From Candidatus Poseidoniales archaeon (GTDB lineage: Archaea; Thermoplasmatota; Poseidoniia; Poseidoniales; Poseidoniaceae), in assembly GCA_038110525.1 (NCBI GenBank), contig JAYNJV010000001.1:32355-96354 (forward strand): a DNA stretch of 64,000 nucleotides, written 5' to 3'. This document shows positions 18,334 through 27,807 of the stretch, one piece after another (within the stretch, counting starts at the first letter, position 1; each line of letters starts with the position of its first letter). The notes below the pieces were generated by a model. That model did no database searches and was not told the origin of the DNA. It saw only the letters and a list, made by a program, of their open reading frames with translations. A program made the translations under genes and the position numbers.

Positions 18334-21183
18334 ATGAGTCTACCAGCAATTGACCTGCCTGTCTTTCATGAAAATGGGTTCCAACGTAAAAAATGCAGAA
18401 TCACCGGCTTATGGTTTTGGACAACTGATTCCAATCGAGAAACATGTGGTGATACATTCGAAGACGAGTATACATTCATTGGAGAACCTTTGATTCCATC
18501 CTTTCCTCAACGCGGTAAAGCACTCAAGGATGCTATGCGAGAATCATTCCTCTCCTTTTTCGAATCATATCAACACCAACGCGTGGAACCTTATCCAGTT
18601 CTTGCAAGATGGCGAGATGATATTCACCTTACCATCGCATCGATAGCAGATTTTCAACCACACGTGACCTCAGGTCAATCAGAGCCTCCTGCAAATCCAC
18701 TCACCATTTCTCAACCATGTATTCGATTGACGGATGTTGATGCCGTAGGGCGGTCGGGTCGACATTTAACCACATTTGAAATGATGGCACACCATGTATT
18801 CAACCGTCCAGATGATGGCCAAGTTATCTATTGGACTGACCAATGTGTCCGATACTGCCATGAATTATTCACACACAAACTTGGCATTGACGGAAATCAA
18901 ATTACGTATGTCGAAAATCCATGGTGCGGTGGAGGTAATGCGGGAAACGCGCTTGAGGTTATCGTGGGAGGATTAGAACTTGCAACACTTGTGTTTATGG
19001 ACCTTGAAGAAGACTCAAGTGGCGAAATTGAACTAAAAGGTGACCGATATTCTACAATGCCTCTCCAAATAATTGATACTGGATACGGTCTTGAACGATT
19101 TTGTTGGGCTGCAGCAGGAACACCAACAATTTACGAAGCAATTTATCCTGAGTCCGTTCAATGGTTGAAAGAACTATCAAATTTCCCTAGAGTTTTGGAA
19201 CATTGGCCAGAGCTTGAATTGGATTTGATTTTATCAGAATTAAGTCGACTCAACGGCATTATGAATATTGAGATTGGAACCGACGCTGAGGAATTACAAA
19301 GCATCATTTTGGACAAATTAACCGAACGTGGCGTACATCTTACATCTGAACAATATGTTTCAATCACTGAACCCCTTTCAAGAATTTACGCCATCCCTGA
19401 CCACATGCACGCTATTTCTCACATGTTGGGTGATGGCCTTGTTCCCTCAAATGCAAAGGCCGGTTATCTGGCACGCATGTTAGCAAGAAGAGTTCTACGG
19501 ATGCGAGATGACCTTGGTTTGACTGTAAGTCTACGAGAACTTGGTGCGCATCATCTCGAATGCAATCTTGTTGGTGAAGTTCAGAAGCAAACACATGAGG
19601 GAATTTTGCATATATTAGATCTTGAAGAAACTCGTTATGAAGAAATGATGAGAAAGGGATCTCAAGTCATGTTAACGATGCTACGTGAACTTTCTAAAGA
19701 TGCGACGATAATCCCCGATGAAATTCTCTTTCAACTCAATGATTCGCATGGCATTCCACCCGATATTGCCATTACACTCGCTATCAAATCAGGTTGGTCT
19801 CATGTACAATTAAGAACAGGTTTCAATGCTGAAATGGCGGAACGTCATGCGAAATTAGCAAAACAAGCAGCTCTTCAAGAATCATCGTCAAAGAAATTAG
19901 ATTTAGAAGGAATTCAACCAACCGAACCCTTGTTTTACGATGATGTGTATTGCGTCGAATTCGATTCCAAGGTCCTAAAAACAATTGTTCTTGAATCAGG
20001 ATTTCATTCGATTGCAACTCACTGCGTTATTCTCGAATCAACGCTCTTCTATCCTGAAGGGGGGGGTCAGGAATCCGATAGAGGTCACCTCACGCAATCG
20101 GGAAGTCGTATCGAGGTCATGGATGTTCAAAAGCAAGGTGATATCATTTTGCATTTTACAAATGGACCTGTGGATGAACATCAAGAAATTAGTGGGGCTA
20201 TATCTTGGGAGCGAAGAAAGCAGTTGATGGACCATCACACCTCCGTCCACATTGTTGGTGGTGCCGCCAGAATACTTTTGGGACCTCACATCTTTCAAGC
20301 AGGTGCCAACAAATCCGAGGAAATGGCGCGACTTGACATTACTCATTACGGGCGTCTAACGCGTGAACAACTCGACGAAATAGAAGATTTGGCTAACCGA
20401 GCAATGAAGGAAATCGATGAAACCCAGAAAACCATTCTGAGTCGAAAAGATGCAGATGCAACACATGGATTCGATTTGTATCAAGGTGGTGCACCAAAGG
20501 GCGATGTCATTCGAGTTCTGAAAATTGGTGAACATGATACTCAAGCGTGTGGTGGAACTCATCACGATTATCCAGGTCAAATCGGCTTGATTCGAATCGT
20601 TCGTTCAACGGCCGTTCAGGATGGTGTTGAACGATTGCACATTGTTGCAGGTGAGGCAGCACGCAAGCATCTAAGGCAACAAGAAAAATTACTTTCCCAA
20701 ACATCTGATATTTTTGGCATTCAATCCTCAGAATTACCAAAAACAGCTGATAGATTCTTCAAGGAGTGGAAAGAACAGAAAAAGAGGATTGAGCAACTAG
20801 AGGCAGAGATTGTTCGATTACGAACCAGTGGCGGAGGAGATGCAACATCATCAATCGATGGTGTTCGCTGTGTGGTGATGGAGACCGATGGTGATCTCAA
20901 ACAAATGACAACGATGCTCAAAGAATTGACTTTGGATCCAACAACGCCCACACTTGCAATTTTGGCATCTTCGACTGGAGGTCCTAAATTGATGGTTGCA
21001 TTAACTGAAAATTCAATTGCGAGTGAACGCTACAATGCGGTCGAGATTCTCAAGGTTATGACCCCTCATATCAAAGGGGGAGGGGGAGGTAAACCCACTT
21101 TTGCGCAAGCCGGTGGATCGGATGCAACTGGATTACAAAACGCCCTCGAAGCGGGAAAATCATTTCTTGGACTCGGCGAATGA
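18334..21183 (+). CDS. alaS: alanine--tRNA ligase (archaeal type)
   Basis: About 950 aa. An N-terminal FWTTD...CGD segment is typical of archaeal AlaRS. The editing-domain HxxxH (HTSVH) ...CGGTH motifs and a C-terminal DHHA1-like GGGGGKPTFAQAGG are present. GGAGGAGAGG SD lies upstream of ATG 18334. Confidence 0.92.
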   Translation: MSLPAIDLPVFHENGFQRKKCRITGLWFWTTDSNRETCGDTFEDEYTFIGEPLIPSFPQRGKALKDAMRESFLSFFESYQHQRVEPYPVLARWRDDIHLTIASIADFQPHVTSGQSEPPANPLTISQPCIRLTDVDAVGRSGRHLTTFEMMAHHVFNRPDDGQVIYWTDQCVRYCHELFTHKLGIDGNQITYVENPWCGGGNAGNALEVIVGGLELATLVFMDLEEDSSGEIELKGDRYSTMPLQIIDTGYGLERFCWAAAGTPTIYEAIYPESVQWLKELSNFPRVLEHWPELELDLILSELSRLNGIMNIEIGTDAEELQSIILDKLTERGVHLTSEQYVSITEPLSRIYAIPDHMHAISHMLGDGLVPSNAKAGYLARMLARRVLRMRDDLGLTVSLRELGAHHLECNLVGEVQKQTHEGILHILDLEETRYEEMMRKGSQVMLTMLRELSKDATIIPDEILFQLNDSHGIPPDIAITLAIKSGWSHVQLRTGFNAEMAERHAKLAKQAALQESSSKKLDLEGIQPTEPLFYDDVYCVEFDSKVLKTIVLESGFHSIATHCVILESTLFYPEGGGQESDRGHLTQSGSRIEVMDVQKQGDIILHFTNGPVDEHQEISGAISWERRKQLMDHHTSVHIVGGAARILLGPHIFQAGANKSEEMARLDITHYGRLTREQLDEIEDLANRAMKEIDETQKTILSRKDADATHGFDLYQGGAPKGDVIRVLKIGEHDTQACGGTHHDYPGQIGLIRIVRSTAVQDGVERLHIVAGEAARKHLRQQEKLLSQTSDIFGIQSSELPKTADRFFKEWKEQKKRIEQLEAEIVRLRTSGGGDATSSIDGVRCVVMETDGDLKQMTTMLKELTLDPTTPTLAILASSTGGPKLMVALTENSIASERYNAVEILKVMTPHIKGGGGGKPTFAQAGGSDATGLQNALEAGKSFLGLGE

Positions 21184-21948
21184 TTGAAGAGCCTCGATAT
21201 CAAAGTGTGATACTGCGAGAGAAATCGCCTTTGAAAGTGGAAACCAACGTACATCTTCGATTTCTTCTTCGAGTGGTTTTAATTCAGTAATTTCTCCATT
21301 CCATTCACATGAGTATGTGAAGGATACAAACGAAATTCCTTCTTGATGAAACACACGTTGTGTAATTTTTTCAAGACCGTCAGTTGATTGTAATTTGAGA
21401 CCAAGTTCTTCAAAAGTTTCTCTCAAACATCCTTCTTCCGGATGCTCGTCATGGTCCATATAACCACCTGGAAGTGACCAATATCCTTTGAAATGGCCGC
21501 GATTAATTTTTGCCATGAGAACCTCATTTTTTTGATTGTGAAGAATTAATTTTGACACAAGGCGATGCACTGAACGATAAATCGATTCTTTAACGATCAC
21601 ATGGACATTGGCTGGTATGAATACATCATCCTTCCAAATCCAATGTTCTGGCCAATCGATTTTTGGGTATGCTTTGGTGACTTGGATCCCCCTTGAAAGA
21701 TACTGAACTTGAAATGTAGATTTCTCATCAAATTCGATTCCTAAGTTCAAAACTTCTGCAACAGTTGGAAACCTATACATTGATTCGGTTGAATTTGAAA
21801 ACATCGATTTCGTCATTGGTCCGTTACCATCTTGGTCGACAAGCAAGACTTTTCCGTCATGCTCCAAGTAGACGACATGCATAGGGTGCACAATATCTCC
21901 TCCATGATGTTGTTGAAGAAGGTATGCCCAATTCGTCAAAACACCCAT
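21160..21948 (-). CDS. NUDIX hydrolase with a ~130-aa N-terminal extension
   Basis: The Nudix box is GGYMDHDEHPEEGCLRETFEELGL (GX5EX7REUXEEXGU). I do not recognise the N-terminal domain. Confidence 0.8.
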   Translation of the reverse strand: MGVLTNWAYLLQQHHGGDIVHPMHVVYLEHDGKVLLVDQDGNGPMTKSMFSNSTESMYRFPTVAEVLNLGIEFDEKSTFQVQYLSRGIQVTKAYPKIDWPEHWIWKDDVFIPANVHVIVKESIYRSVHRLVSKLILHNQKNEVLMAKINRGHFKGYWSLPGGYMDHDEHPEEGCLRETFEELGLKLQSTDGLEKITQRVFHQEGISFVSFTYSCEWNGEITELKPLEEEIEDVRWFPLSKAISLAVSHFDIEALQSFAESKK

Positions 21949-21986
21949 GTATCAAAGTTGAAAATGGATGAGGTTATCGTCGGAGC

Positions 21987-22697
21987 ATGCGAGTTCATGA
22001 GTTCCATCCTGAAATTTGGGCAAAAGCCTACGGACTTGTATGTGATGAGACGAAATCGATCATTTTAATTGACCCAGTATATGATTACATAGAGCTTTAC
22101 GAGTCTTATCTTTCCGAGCATTCGCTGAACTTACATGCAGTTATTGCAACACATACACATGCAGACCATATCACTGCTTGCTTTACTCTCAAAAATAATT
22201 ACCAGTGCGATTACATTATGCATGAATCAACCGCAAGTTTGGGCGTAACTACTTTTGTTAACGAAGCATCCTCTATTCAATTTGGTGGTCATTCGATTTG
22301 TTTTCACCATGTTCCTGGCCATACCAACGATTCAATGATTGTGGATACTGGGCGTCACCTCTTTACTGGCGATTTTCTTTTCACTGGCGAAGCAGGTGTT
22401 GGACGAGATGACCTTCCAAGTGGAAGGATGGAACACCATTGGAACTCGCTTGCAAAGATGAACAGTCTCAACGGCGAGTCCATCATGTACACCGGACACG
22501 AACCTCCTCATACTGAAATGAAAACATTGGCTTGGAATATGGACAATAATCCAATCTTGAAAATGTCATCTTTTGAGGAATTTGAGCATTGGCAATTTGA
22601 AACAATTGCAAAACTTGGTTCTGTATCGAAAATTAAAACTGCGCTTCCTGCAAATTTATTTGGTGAAGTTCCAGACCACATCCCTTGGTTATCTTAA
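21987..22697 (+). CDS. MBL-fold metallo-hydrolase
   Basis: The HxHxDH motif (ATHTHADHITA) and the downstream His/Asp ligand pattern (HVPGHTNDS, TGDFLF, GH) are present. Confidence 0.8.
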   Translation: MRVHEFHPEIWAKAYGLVCDETKSIILIDPVYDYIELYESYLSEHSLNLHAVIATHTHADHITACFTLKNNYQCDYIMHESTASLGVTTFVNEASSIQFGGHSICFHHVPGHTNDSMIVDTGRHLFTGDFLFTGEAGVGRDDLPSGRMEHHWNSLAKMNSLNGESIMYTGHEPPHTEMKTLAWNMDNNPILKMSSFEEFEHWQFETIAKLGSVSKIKTALPANLFGEVPDHIPWLS

Positions 22698-22716
22698 ACA
22701 AAGTGAGGATGCTTGT

Positions 22717-25251
22717 ATGCAATTCAAAAAACGTTCAAGGTGTGCTCCAATAACAATCTCATTCATCTTTGTCTTGTTGTGTTTAGCACCAATTTCAGGA
22801 TTAGCAAATCCAATAGGTGACCTTAGCAAGATAGACCCGTATCTTCTTTCAGGTTTTGAATCAAATGAAGATGATTCGTTCGAAGTCATCTATCAATTTG
22901 AACAGCATTATTCTGCTCGTGGCGATGAATTTGCCCATCTTAAGATCGAACATTTGGGAGATGCCCCCCTTATCAATGGAGGGCTAATCCTTGCGACAGA
23001 AGAGTCAATTCGAGCAATTTCAACATGGTCAGAAATAAAATATCTTGAACTCAATCGACCATTAGAATTCTTCTACCTACCCCCTTCTTTCGGCGGACAA
23101 GAAGATACCGATTCAGGAATTATGATGCACGAAACAACCCATGTTGTCAATGCAACGACAACATGGAGTCGAGGAATTATCCAACCTGATGGAACGATTG
23201 CATTTGACACAGACCATGCATTTACAGAATGGGATGGTGACGGGACAGCAATTGTCGATTTGGACACTGGGGTTGACGCAGGCCATCCTGATTACGATTA
23301 TCTCGGTCCATGGACCGGTGAAAAGACAATTTATTCAGCAAAATGGAATGGAGTTTGGTCTGAAACGACAAACTCAGACACATCATCGGGGCACGGAACT
23401 CACGTTGGTGGCACCATTGCGGGTAATGGCGATGCATCTGCAGGTCGAAGGGCGGGCGTCGCTAAAGGAGCACAACTCGTTGCATTAGGCACTGGTGATG
23501 GGGCATCTATCTTTGCGGCAGAACAGGGTCTTGAATGGACCTTTATGCACTCCATACCGGGTCAGAATGAGTTTCACATTCGCGTTGTTTCAAATTCTTG
23601 GGGGACAGATGGTGATTACAATCCACAAGGAGCCATTGCAACCATTACTGACAGACTCGTTTTTGAAAATGGAGTTGCAGTTATTTTTGCAGCCTCAAAT
23701 TCCGGAGGGAGCGGTGATGAATGCTCAGGTGGTTTGCGCACCAACGTGTATGCCAATACGCCCTCTGCAATTTCTGTTGCGGCGATGACCCATGACGGTT
23801 CACAAATTACATCCTTCTCTTCTCGTGGTTGTAAATTACAACAACACACCTGGCCGGATGTTGGTGCTCCCGGAAGAAATATTTGGGCAACAGCACCACG
23901 AGGAACTGCAATTGATGCACTGACCAAAGTTCAAGGACAAAATGACCTTTACTACATGTCAATCTCTGGTACAAGTATGGCCACACCACATGTTGGTGGA
24001 ATGGCTGGTATCATTCTTGATGTTGCTCCATCGCTTGGAGTGGCGAATTATCACCGAGAAGACCATGACGAAGGAAGTAGTCTTGTGGGAGGAGATGGCA
24101 CAGCATCCTATGGTCAATATTCTGATTGGGAGACCGCAAATTATTCGAGAGTTCATGAACTTGAGTTGATTCTGGAGTTGACCGCACAGTATGAAACTCG
24201 TCAGAATGCTTGTGAAGATGGAAACGATGAGGACTCATGCAATGATATTCCAAAAGAATGTTATCTTTCAAAAACTGGCCAATGCCATGATTGGAGAATC
24301 GGTCACGGATTAACAAATGTTGACGCAGCTGTTGGTCTTGCAAGGACGCTTCAATTGATGAGAGATCAGAACCATGATGGAATTGTTGACCATCCTGAAT
24401 ATACTGTTTGGGATGCTTTTGAAATCTATGATTCTATATTTTCAACCAAAGAAATTCCATTGGAAACCGACAGATTAAGACATGAATGGAAAGGTGATTG
24501 GAATCATTTTAACAATGGAAATTCTGGAACAGGAATCTTCTCTACAGATGACCGTCATTATGTTTGGATTCCAAATGGAACTTCCACATTGCTCGCTCAT
24601 TTCACACCTACTGAAGTGGATATTGATACTGCTCAGATAGGAAGTTTACAACTTGAAATTGACCTCGGTAGTGATGGTTCAAACGATGCACAAGGGCAAG
24701 GAAGTCGTGTTTCAGATAGTTGGATTTACGACCTCGATGTTGGTTCAGAATATTGGAACACATGGGTTGAATTTGATGTATCTGGTCAGGCGATGACATT
24801 CCTCGGATTTATTGAAGATGCTGAATTTTTTGAATCGAGCATTCCATACACCGTCGATGTGGTATTGACTCTAGATTTATCAAGTCCAGTCACTGTTGAA
24901 ATCCCTCAAAAACCCGACTACTATTCTGACCTTGATCCAACGACGCCATCTGATGCATGGGATGATTCGTATTCTGGTCAATTAATTTACATTCGTCAAG
25001 TGTATGACCAGCCAGCAGTGATTGAGCGAATCCAACCGTTAAGTTCCGAAACTACTGATTCAGAATCATTTTTTAGTGCACTTGGCAATTTGCTTTCTGA
25101 GCATACATTCGCCTCATTTTTCAGTTTCCTTCTTCTCATTGCCATTCTTCTTGGTGTTGCTTTCCTCAATCAAAAAATCCGGACTGAAGAACCCGGTCGA
25201 TTGAATCTTGATATCTTGGAAGGCGAACTTCAAGATGATTCGTCCAATTGA
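22717..25251 (+). CDS. large secreted subtilisin-like serine protease (S8) with a C-terminal TM anchor
   Basis: Signal peptide MQFKKRSRCAPITISFIFVLLCLAPISG. Triad motifs VDLDTGVDAGHPDY, HGTHVGGTIAGNG and GTSMATPHVGGMAGIIL. The C-terminal helix FFSFLLLIAILLGVAFL is followed by an acidic tail. GTGAGGA SD lies upstream. Confidence 0.85.
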   Translation: MQFKKRSRCAPITISFIFVLLCLAPISGLANPIGDLSKIDPYLLSGFESNEDDSFEVIYQFEQHYSARGDEFAHLKIEHLGDAPLINGGLILATEESIRAISTWSEIKYLELNRPLEFFYLPPSFGGQEDTDSGIMMHETTHVVNATTTWSRGIIQPDGTIAFDTDHAFTEWDGDGTAIVDLDTGVDAGHPDYDYLGPWTGEKTIYSAKWNGVWSETTNSDTSSGHGTHVGGTIAGNGDASAGRRAGVAKGAQLVALGTGDGASIFAAEQGLEWTFMHSIPGQNEFHIRVVSNSWGTDGDYNPQGAIATITDRLVFENGVAVIFAASNSGGSGDECSGGLRTNVYANTPSAISVAAMTHDGSQITSFSSRGCKLQQHTWPDVGAPGRNIWATAPRGTAIDALTKVQGQNDLYYMSISGTSMATPHVGGMAGIILDVAPSLGVANYHREDHDEGSSLVGGDGTASYGQYSDWETANYSRVHELELILELTAQYETRQNACEDGNDEDSCNDIPKECYLSKTGQCHDWRIGHGLTNVDAAVGLARTLQLMRDQNHDGIVDHPEYTVWDAFEIYDSIFSTKEIPLETDRLRHEWKGDWNHFNNGNSGTGIFSTDDRHYVWIPNGTSTLLAHFTPTEVDIDTAQIGSLQLEIDLGSDGSNDAQGQGSRVSDSWIYDLDVGSEYWNTWVEFDVSGQAMTFLGFIEDAEFFESSIPYTVDVVLTLDLSSPVTVEIPQKPDYYSDLDPTTPSDAWDDSYSGQLIYIRQVYDQPAVIERIQPLSSETTDSESFFSALGNLLSEHTFASFFSFLLLIAILLGVAFLNQKIRTEEPGRLNLDILEGELQDDSSN

Positions 25252-26456
25252 ATTGGATTATCTGGTCCCAATGGATGAGGTTTTGCCTGTGGGAGTTTTT
25301 GTAACTCCTCGAATGATTGTTGGTTTTTGGCTTCAACAAACATGTTATCGAGGCGACCACGCATGTTGGTTTTCATCGTGAGTGAGATTTGACCTTTGAT
25401 TCGTGTCAGGTCGTATGAGAGTGGGTCCATTATGTCCACTGCTAGTTGTGAGAAGTTTGTTCGTACCACTTTGCCTCTCCATGATGAATAGCCCCACCTA
25501 AAAGAGATGCCGATGACGCTTGCGGCATACAAGAGGAGAATAACAACGACTGAAAAAAGAACCGGATTACCTCCATTACGTGCTTCCTCCAATAAATTTC
25601 TACCAAGCAAAAACAGAAGACCAATGCCTACAATTGGTTTGAGAATACTGTCCAACCACTGGTCAACAGGAACCAGGCGCCCCTTCGCTGGGTCAACAAA
25701 GACCAAATCTGATTCGAAAGCAGTATTGAGCACGCTTAGAATGGACAAGAAAATCATGTAAAACACGCCAGCGATGAGAATCTCATATTCCCACGAGTCC
25801 AAATTCAAAACCCAATGGACGATTAACCATGCGAATAACCCAAGAAACGCAGCCTGTGGAACATGGCTAAAATGGACGATTTGTTGAGACAACTCAGTTA
25901 ATCGAGCATCTTTGTTTTCTGATGAGCGGTGAGGTCTCGGAATATGGATAATTTGCCAATGAAAAAATCGTTCCGCGTTCTTGAGTGAATAGATGACAAT
26001 CTTTTGTCGAATCAGCAACCACTCCATGAGGAGCATGAACGGAAACCCAACTAAAATGACTGGCAAAGCGATAAAGAATGTGAGTGGAAGAATAAACAAA
26101 GAAGGAAGCAACAAGAAATGCGATAGAGTAAGTGGATGAAGAATATCGGCTTCGATGAGTCTTTGTTTTGAAGGGGCAAGCCTCAATTGTCTTGCAATGT
26201 CATTAAGCGCATCTCGAAACTCGGAAACTTGATGGCCTGAATCGATAATTTGCCGTACATTTTGTTTGTACTCAGAGGCCTCATGGCCAGAACCAACAAA
26301 CAATTGCCATGCCAGTCTCATTGGCAGTGCAAGCAGTAGTGGAATCAAAAGGATGACAAGACCATATCCAAAACCAGTCGAATCCATGGCGTCGTCGCTC
26401 CCGAAGGAGCCTAATCCACCTGTTGTTTGAAGTTGCCGTAGCATACGAATATTCAT
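25230..26456 (-). CDS. polytopic membrane protein (hypothetical)
   Basis: It has multiple hydrophobic helices and no recognisable motif. The ORF is open to 26573, but that would overlap the divergent serA start, so I prefer an internal Met (26456 or 26444). Confidence 0.55.
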   Translation of the reverse strand: MNIRMLRQLQTTGGLGSFGSDDAMDSTGFGYGLVILLIPLLLALPMRLAWQLFVGSGHEASEYKQNVRQIIDSGHQVSEFRDALNDIARQLRLAPSKQRLIEADILHPLTLSHFLLLPSLFILPLTFFIALPVILVGFPFMLLMEWLLIRQKIVIYSLKNAERFFHWQIIHIPRPHRSSENKDARLTELSQQIVHFSHVPQAAFLGLFAWLIVHWVLNLDSWEYEILIAGVFYMIFLSILSVLNTAFESDLVFVDPAKGRLVPVDQWLDSILKPIVGIGLLFLLGRNLLEEARNGGNPVLFSVVVILLLYAASVIGISFRWGYSSWRGKVVRTNFSQLAVDIMDPLSYDLTRIKGQISLTMKTNMRGRLDNMFVEAKNQQSFEELQKLPQAKPHPLGPDNPIQLDESS

Positions 26457-26481
26457 GACCCGAATTTTGTAGTCAAGCATC

Positions 26482-27468
26482 ATGGCACGAATTGCAATTA
26501 CAGATGGCATGGAAGAAAAAGCGATTTTATTGTTTGAAAAGGCCGGCCATGAGGTGATAGACAAAACGTACACTCCTGAAGAATTACTTCAAGGTGCACT
26601 TGATGGAGTCGACGCAATTGTTGTTCGAAGTGCTACGAAATTAACGAAAGAAGTCATCGAAGCATCTTCCAGTTCTCTCAAGGTCATTGCCCGTGCCGGT
26701 GTTGGCGTCGACAACATCGACCTCGAAGCAGCCGGTGCAATGGGTGTCTTTGTCGTCAACGCCCCTCAAGCCAGCACACAATCGGTGGTCGAACTTACCT
26801 TGAGCCATCTACTTGCAAGCCTTCGGTTTCTACCAAAAGCGAATGAAGGATTAAAGCAAGGTAAATGGGAAAAAAATGCCTTGAAGGGAACTGAGTTAAG
26901 CGGAAAGGCTCTCGGTCTCATCGGTTTTGGTCGCATAGCTCAAGGTGTTAGCCGAGTAGCACAGGCCTTTGGAATGGAAGTTCATGCTTTTGACCCATAT
27001 GTGCCCGAGCGTGTTGCAAAATCAGAAAACACAAGATTGCATAAGTCAGTCGACTCCCTGTTTTCTGCATGTACACATATTTCCATTCATTGCAACTTAA
27101 CTGATGAAACCCATCATCTCGTCAATTTGGAAAGGATTCGACTCATGCCGACCATTGGATCTGATGGGATTCCATGTGGCAATCATATCGTGAATTGTGC
27201 TCGTGGAGGTATTGTCGACGAAGATGAGGCCTTTGCAGCACTTCAATCTTCTGAACTCACAAGCCTTGCTTTAGATGTCTTTGAAATTGAACCAGTTCCC
27301 GCAGACCATGCTTTACTTCAACATCCCAACTTTCACGGCACACCTCATATTGGGGCCTCAACACTCGAAGCACAACTTCGTGTTGGATTGAATATTGTTG
27401 ATTCTGTTCTTGATATTCTTGATGGCAAAGATTGTGATTTCGTGGTGAATCGCTCTTTTTTGCAATGA
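26482..27468 (+). CDS. serA: D-3-phosphoglycerate dehydrogenase-like 2-hydroxyacid dehydrogenase (no ACT domain)
   Basis: NAD-binding GLIGFGRIAQ, catalytic-region NCARGGIVDE and TPHIGAST are present. The length fits the short form. Confidence 0.8.
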   Translation: MARIAITDGMEEKAILLFEKAGHEVIDKTYTPEELLQGALDGVDAIVVRSATKLTKEVIEASSSSLKVIARAGVGVDNIDLEAAGAMGVFVVNAPQASTQSVVELTLSHLLASLRFLPKANEGLKQGKWEKNALKGTELSGKALGLIGFGRIAQGVSRVAQAFGMEVHAFDPYVPERVAKSENTRLHKSVDSLFSACTHISIHCNLTDETHHLVNLERIRLMPTIGSDGIPCGNHIVNCARGGIVDEDEAFAALQSSELTSLALDVFEIEPVPADHALLQHPNFHGTPHIGASTLEAQLRVGLNIVDSVLDILDGKDCDFVVNRSFLQ

Positions 27469-27528
27469 CTTTTACTTTGTTTCATCTCCGAACACAAGTT
27501 AAGCAATCCGATGTGTTTGCTATGAGTC

Positions 27529-27807
27529 ATGGGTCGAAGCGTACCAACATGGCGTCGTCGAATTGAATATGAATTGGACCGATTGCAACCCTTTCGTCGT
27601 GCATTACCCAATCACGAAAAAGAAATATTTGACTCAATGATGAATTCGATTCGGCAAAGAAGGTCATCGGGAGGATTACTTCCAAGTCATGACATTGTGC
27701 TTCCTCTTGTTCTTTCTCTTCTTCTCGAAGCATGGGGTAAAATTCACTCGTTGGAACGATCATTGCAGCAACTGGAGTCCACTCAGCAGGGTGAACATGT
27801 TGATTGA
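27529..27807 (+). CDS. small arginine-rich helical protein, translationally coupled to polB (hypothetical)
   Basis: 92-aa ORF whose last 11 nt overlap the polB ATG (27797). It is basic (WRRRIEYELDRLQPFRR...). I recognise no homologue. Confidence 0.4.
   Translation: MGRSVPTWRRRIEYELDRLQPFRRALPNHEKEIFDSMMNSIRQRRSSGGLLPSHDIVLPLVLSLLLEAWGKIHSLERSLQQLESTQQGEHVD

Noticed and set aside
22573-22716. 48-codon N-terminal extension of the large S8 protease, overlapping the MBL hydrolase gene
   Set aside because: The internal Met at 22717 gives a classic signal peptide, is preceded by GTGAGGA, and removes the 125-nt overlap.
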